A stretch of 64,000 nt of DNA, from contig NC_043026.1 in assembly GCF_006345805.1 (NCBI RefSeq), positions 5,642,001-5,706,000 on the forward strand, written 5' to 3'. The translations under genes and the position numbers were made by a program. The stretch is from Octopus sinensis. Its lineage: Eukaryota. The notes below the pieces were generated by a model, which was not told where the DNA came from, did no database searches, and saw nothing but the letters and a program-made list of their open reading frames with translations. Shown here piece by piece: positions 62,810 through 64,000 of the stretch; the first letter of the stretch is position 1; every line of letters begins with the position of its first letter.

Positions 62810-64000
62810 ACGATGGGCTTCTTTCAGTTTCCGTCTACCAAATCCACTCACAAGGCTTTGGTCGGCCCAGGGTCTATAGTAGAAGACACTTTGTCCAAGG
62901 TGCCATGCAGTGGGACTGAACCCGGAACCATGTGGTCGGCAAGCAAGCTACTTCCCACACAGCCACTCCTACCCCTGTCCATTTCCCATGCATGCATAAG
63001 CAGGATGGTTGATAGGAGCTGACCAGATAGAAGATTATCTCAGGCTACTGTCTGTTTTGGCAGGCTTTTTACAGCTGGATGCCCTTCCTAATACGACCCA
63101 CCCTACAGGGTGGACTGAGTGCTCTTTATGTGGCACCAACAAAGTCGAGGTCAGTTTTGCCATGGTTTTTACAGCTGGATGCCCTTCCAAATGCCAACCA
63201 CTTTACAGTGTGGACTGGATGCTCTTTACATGGCACCAGCTTTAGCAGGGTCACCAAGTAACTTGCAAAACAAGGAATTTTGAGAGGGAAGAGGGCCCTG
63301 GAGGAGGGGAGAGGGCACTGGAGGAGGGGATCTTGTGTCAGATGATGAAAGAATAAAATGAAAAATAAGGGATAACTCAACAGTGTTAAAGACAAATGAA
63401 AGTGATTTAAAGATTAATATAAAGTACATAAGACTGGCTGTGTGGTAAGAAGCTTGCTTCGCAACCACATGGTTCCAGGTTCAGTCCCACTGCATGAAAC
63501 CTTTTACTATATAGCCTCAGTCCAATCAACGCCTTGAGAGAGTATTTGGTAGGCAGAAACTGAAAGAAGCCTGTCGTATATGTATGTATATATAGGTGTG
63601 TGCTTGTGTGTCTGTGTTTGTCCCCCACCCCCAACATCGTTTGACAACCGATGCTGGTGTGTTTACATCCCTGTAACTTAGCAGTTCGGCAAAAGAGTTT
63701 GTGCTCATCTCACCATTACTGCTTGACAACAGGTGTTGGTGTGTTTACGTCCCCATAACTGAACAGTTCAGCAAAAGAAACCAAATGTATTAAGTATTAA
63801 TAAGTATTAAGCTTAAAAAATAAGTCCTGGGGTCGATTTTTTTCAACTTAAAATTCTTCAAGGCAGTGCTGCAGCATGACCGCAGTCACGCCTGAAACAA
63901 GTAAAAGAATAGTAAATTGTGGAAGTTGTAAACATAATTTATGAACACCCTGTATAATTTTAGAAATGAGGTTTTTGTTATCTACCAAAAGCCAACACTG

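Overview
Eukaryotic, repeat-saturated genomic DNA. The SINE/LINE families and microsatellite load suggest an octopod cephalopod (inference). The + strand carries the 5' part of RICTOR (mTORC2 subunit): 17 GT-AG exons from ATG 4632 to 46117 that splice into one 582-codon open frame, about the first third of the protein. These include a 51-nt exon with no vertebrate counterpart that I recall. Intron 5 also holds a separate, diverged, splice-flanked copy of the 3' end of exon 5. The - strand carries the first five recognisable exons of an annexin (54886 to 48267). Both genes run unfinished into a 100-N assembly gap at 47001-47100. The rest is tRNA-derived SINEs (3 families), RTE-LINE 3' ends, Helitron-like and piggyBac-like non-autonomous elements, mariner remnants, Penelope-like termini carrying minimal hammerhead-ribozyme motifs, long hairpin elements, tandem arrays built from transposon ends, and microsatellites. 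Almost all entries in the ORF track are low-complexity or repeat artefacts. All calls were made by eye; comparisons to human RICTOR and annexin exon structure come from recalled sequence knowledge, not database searches.
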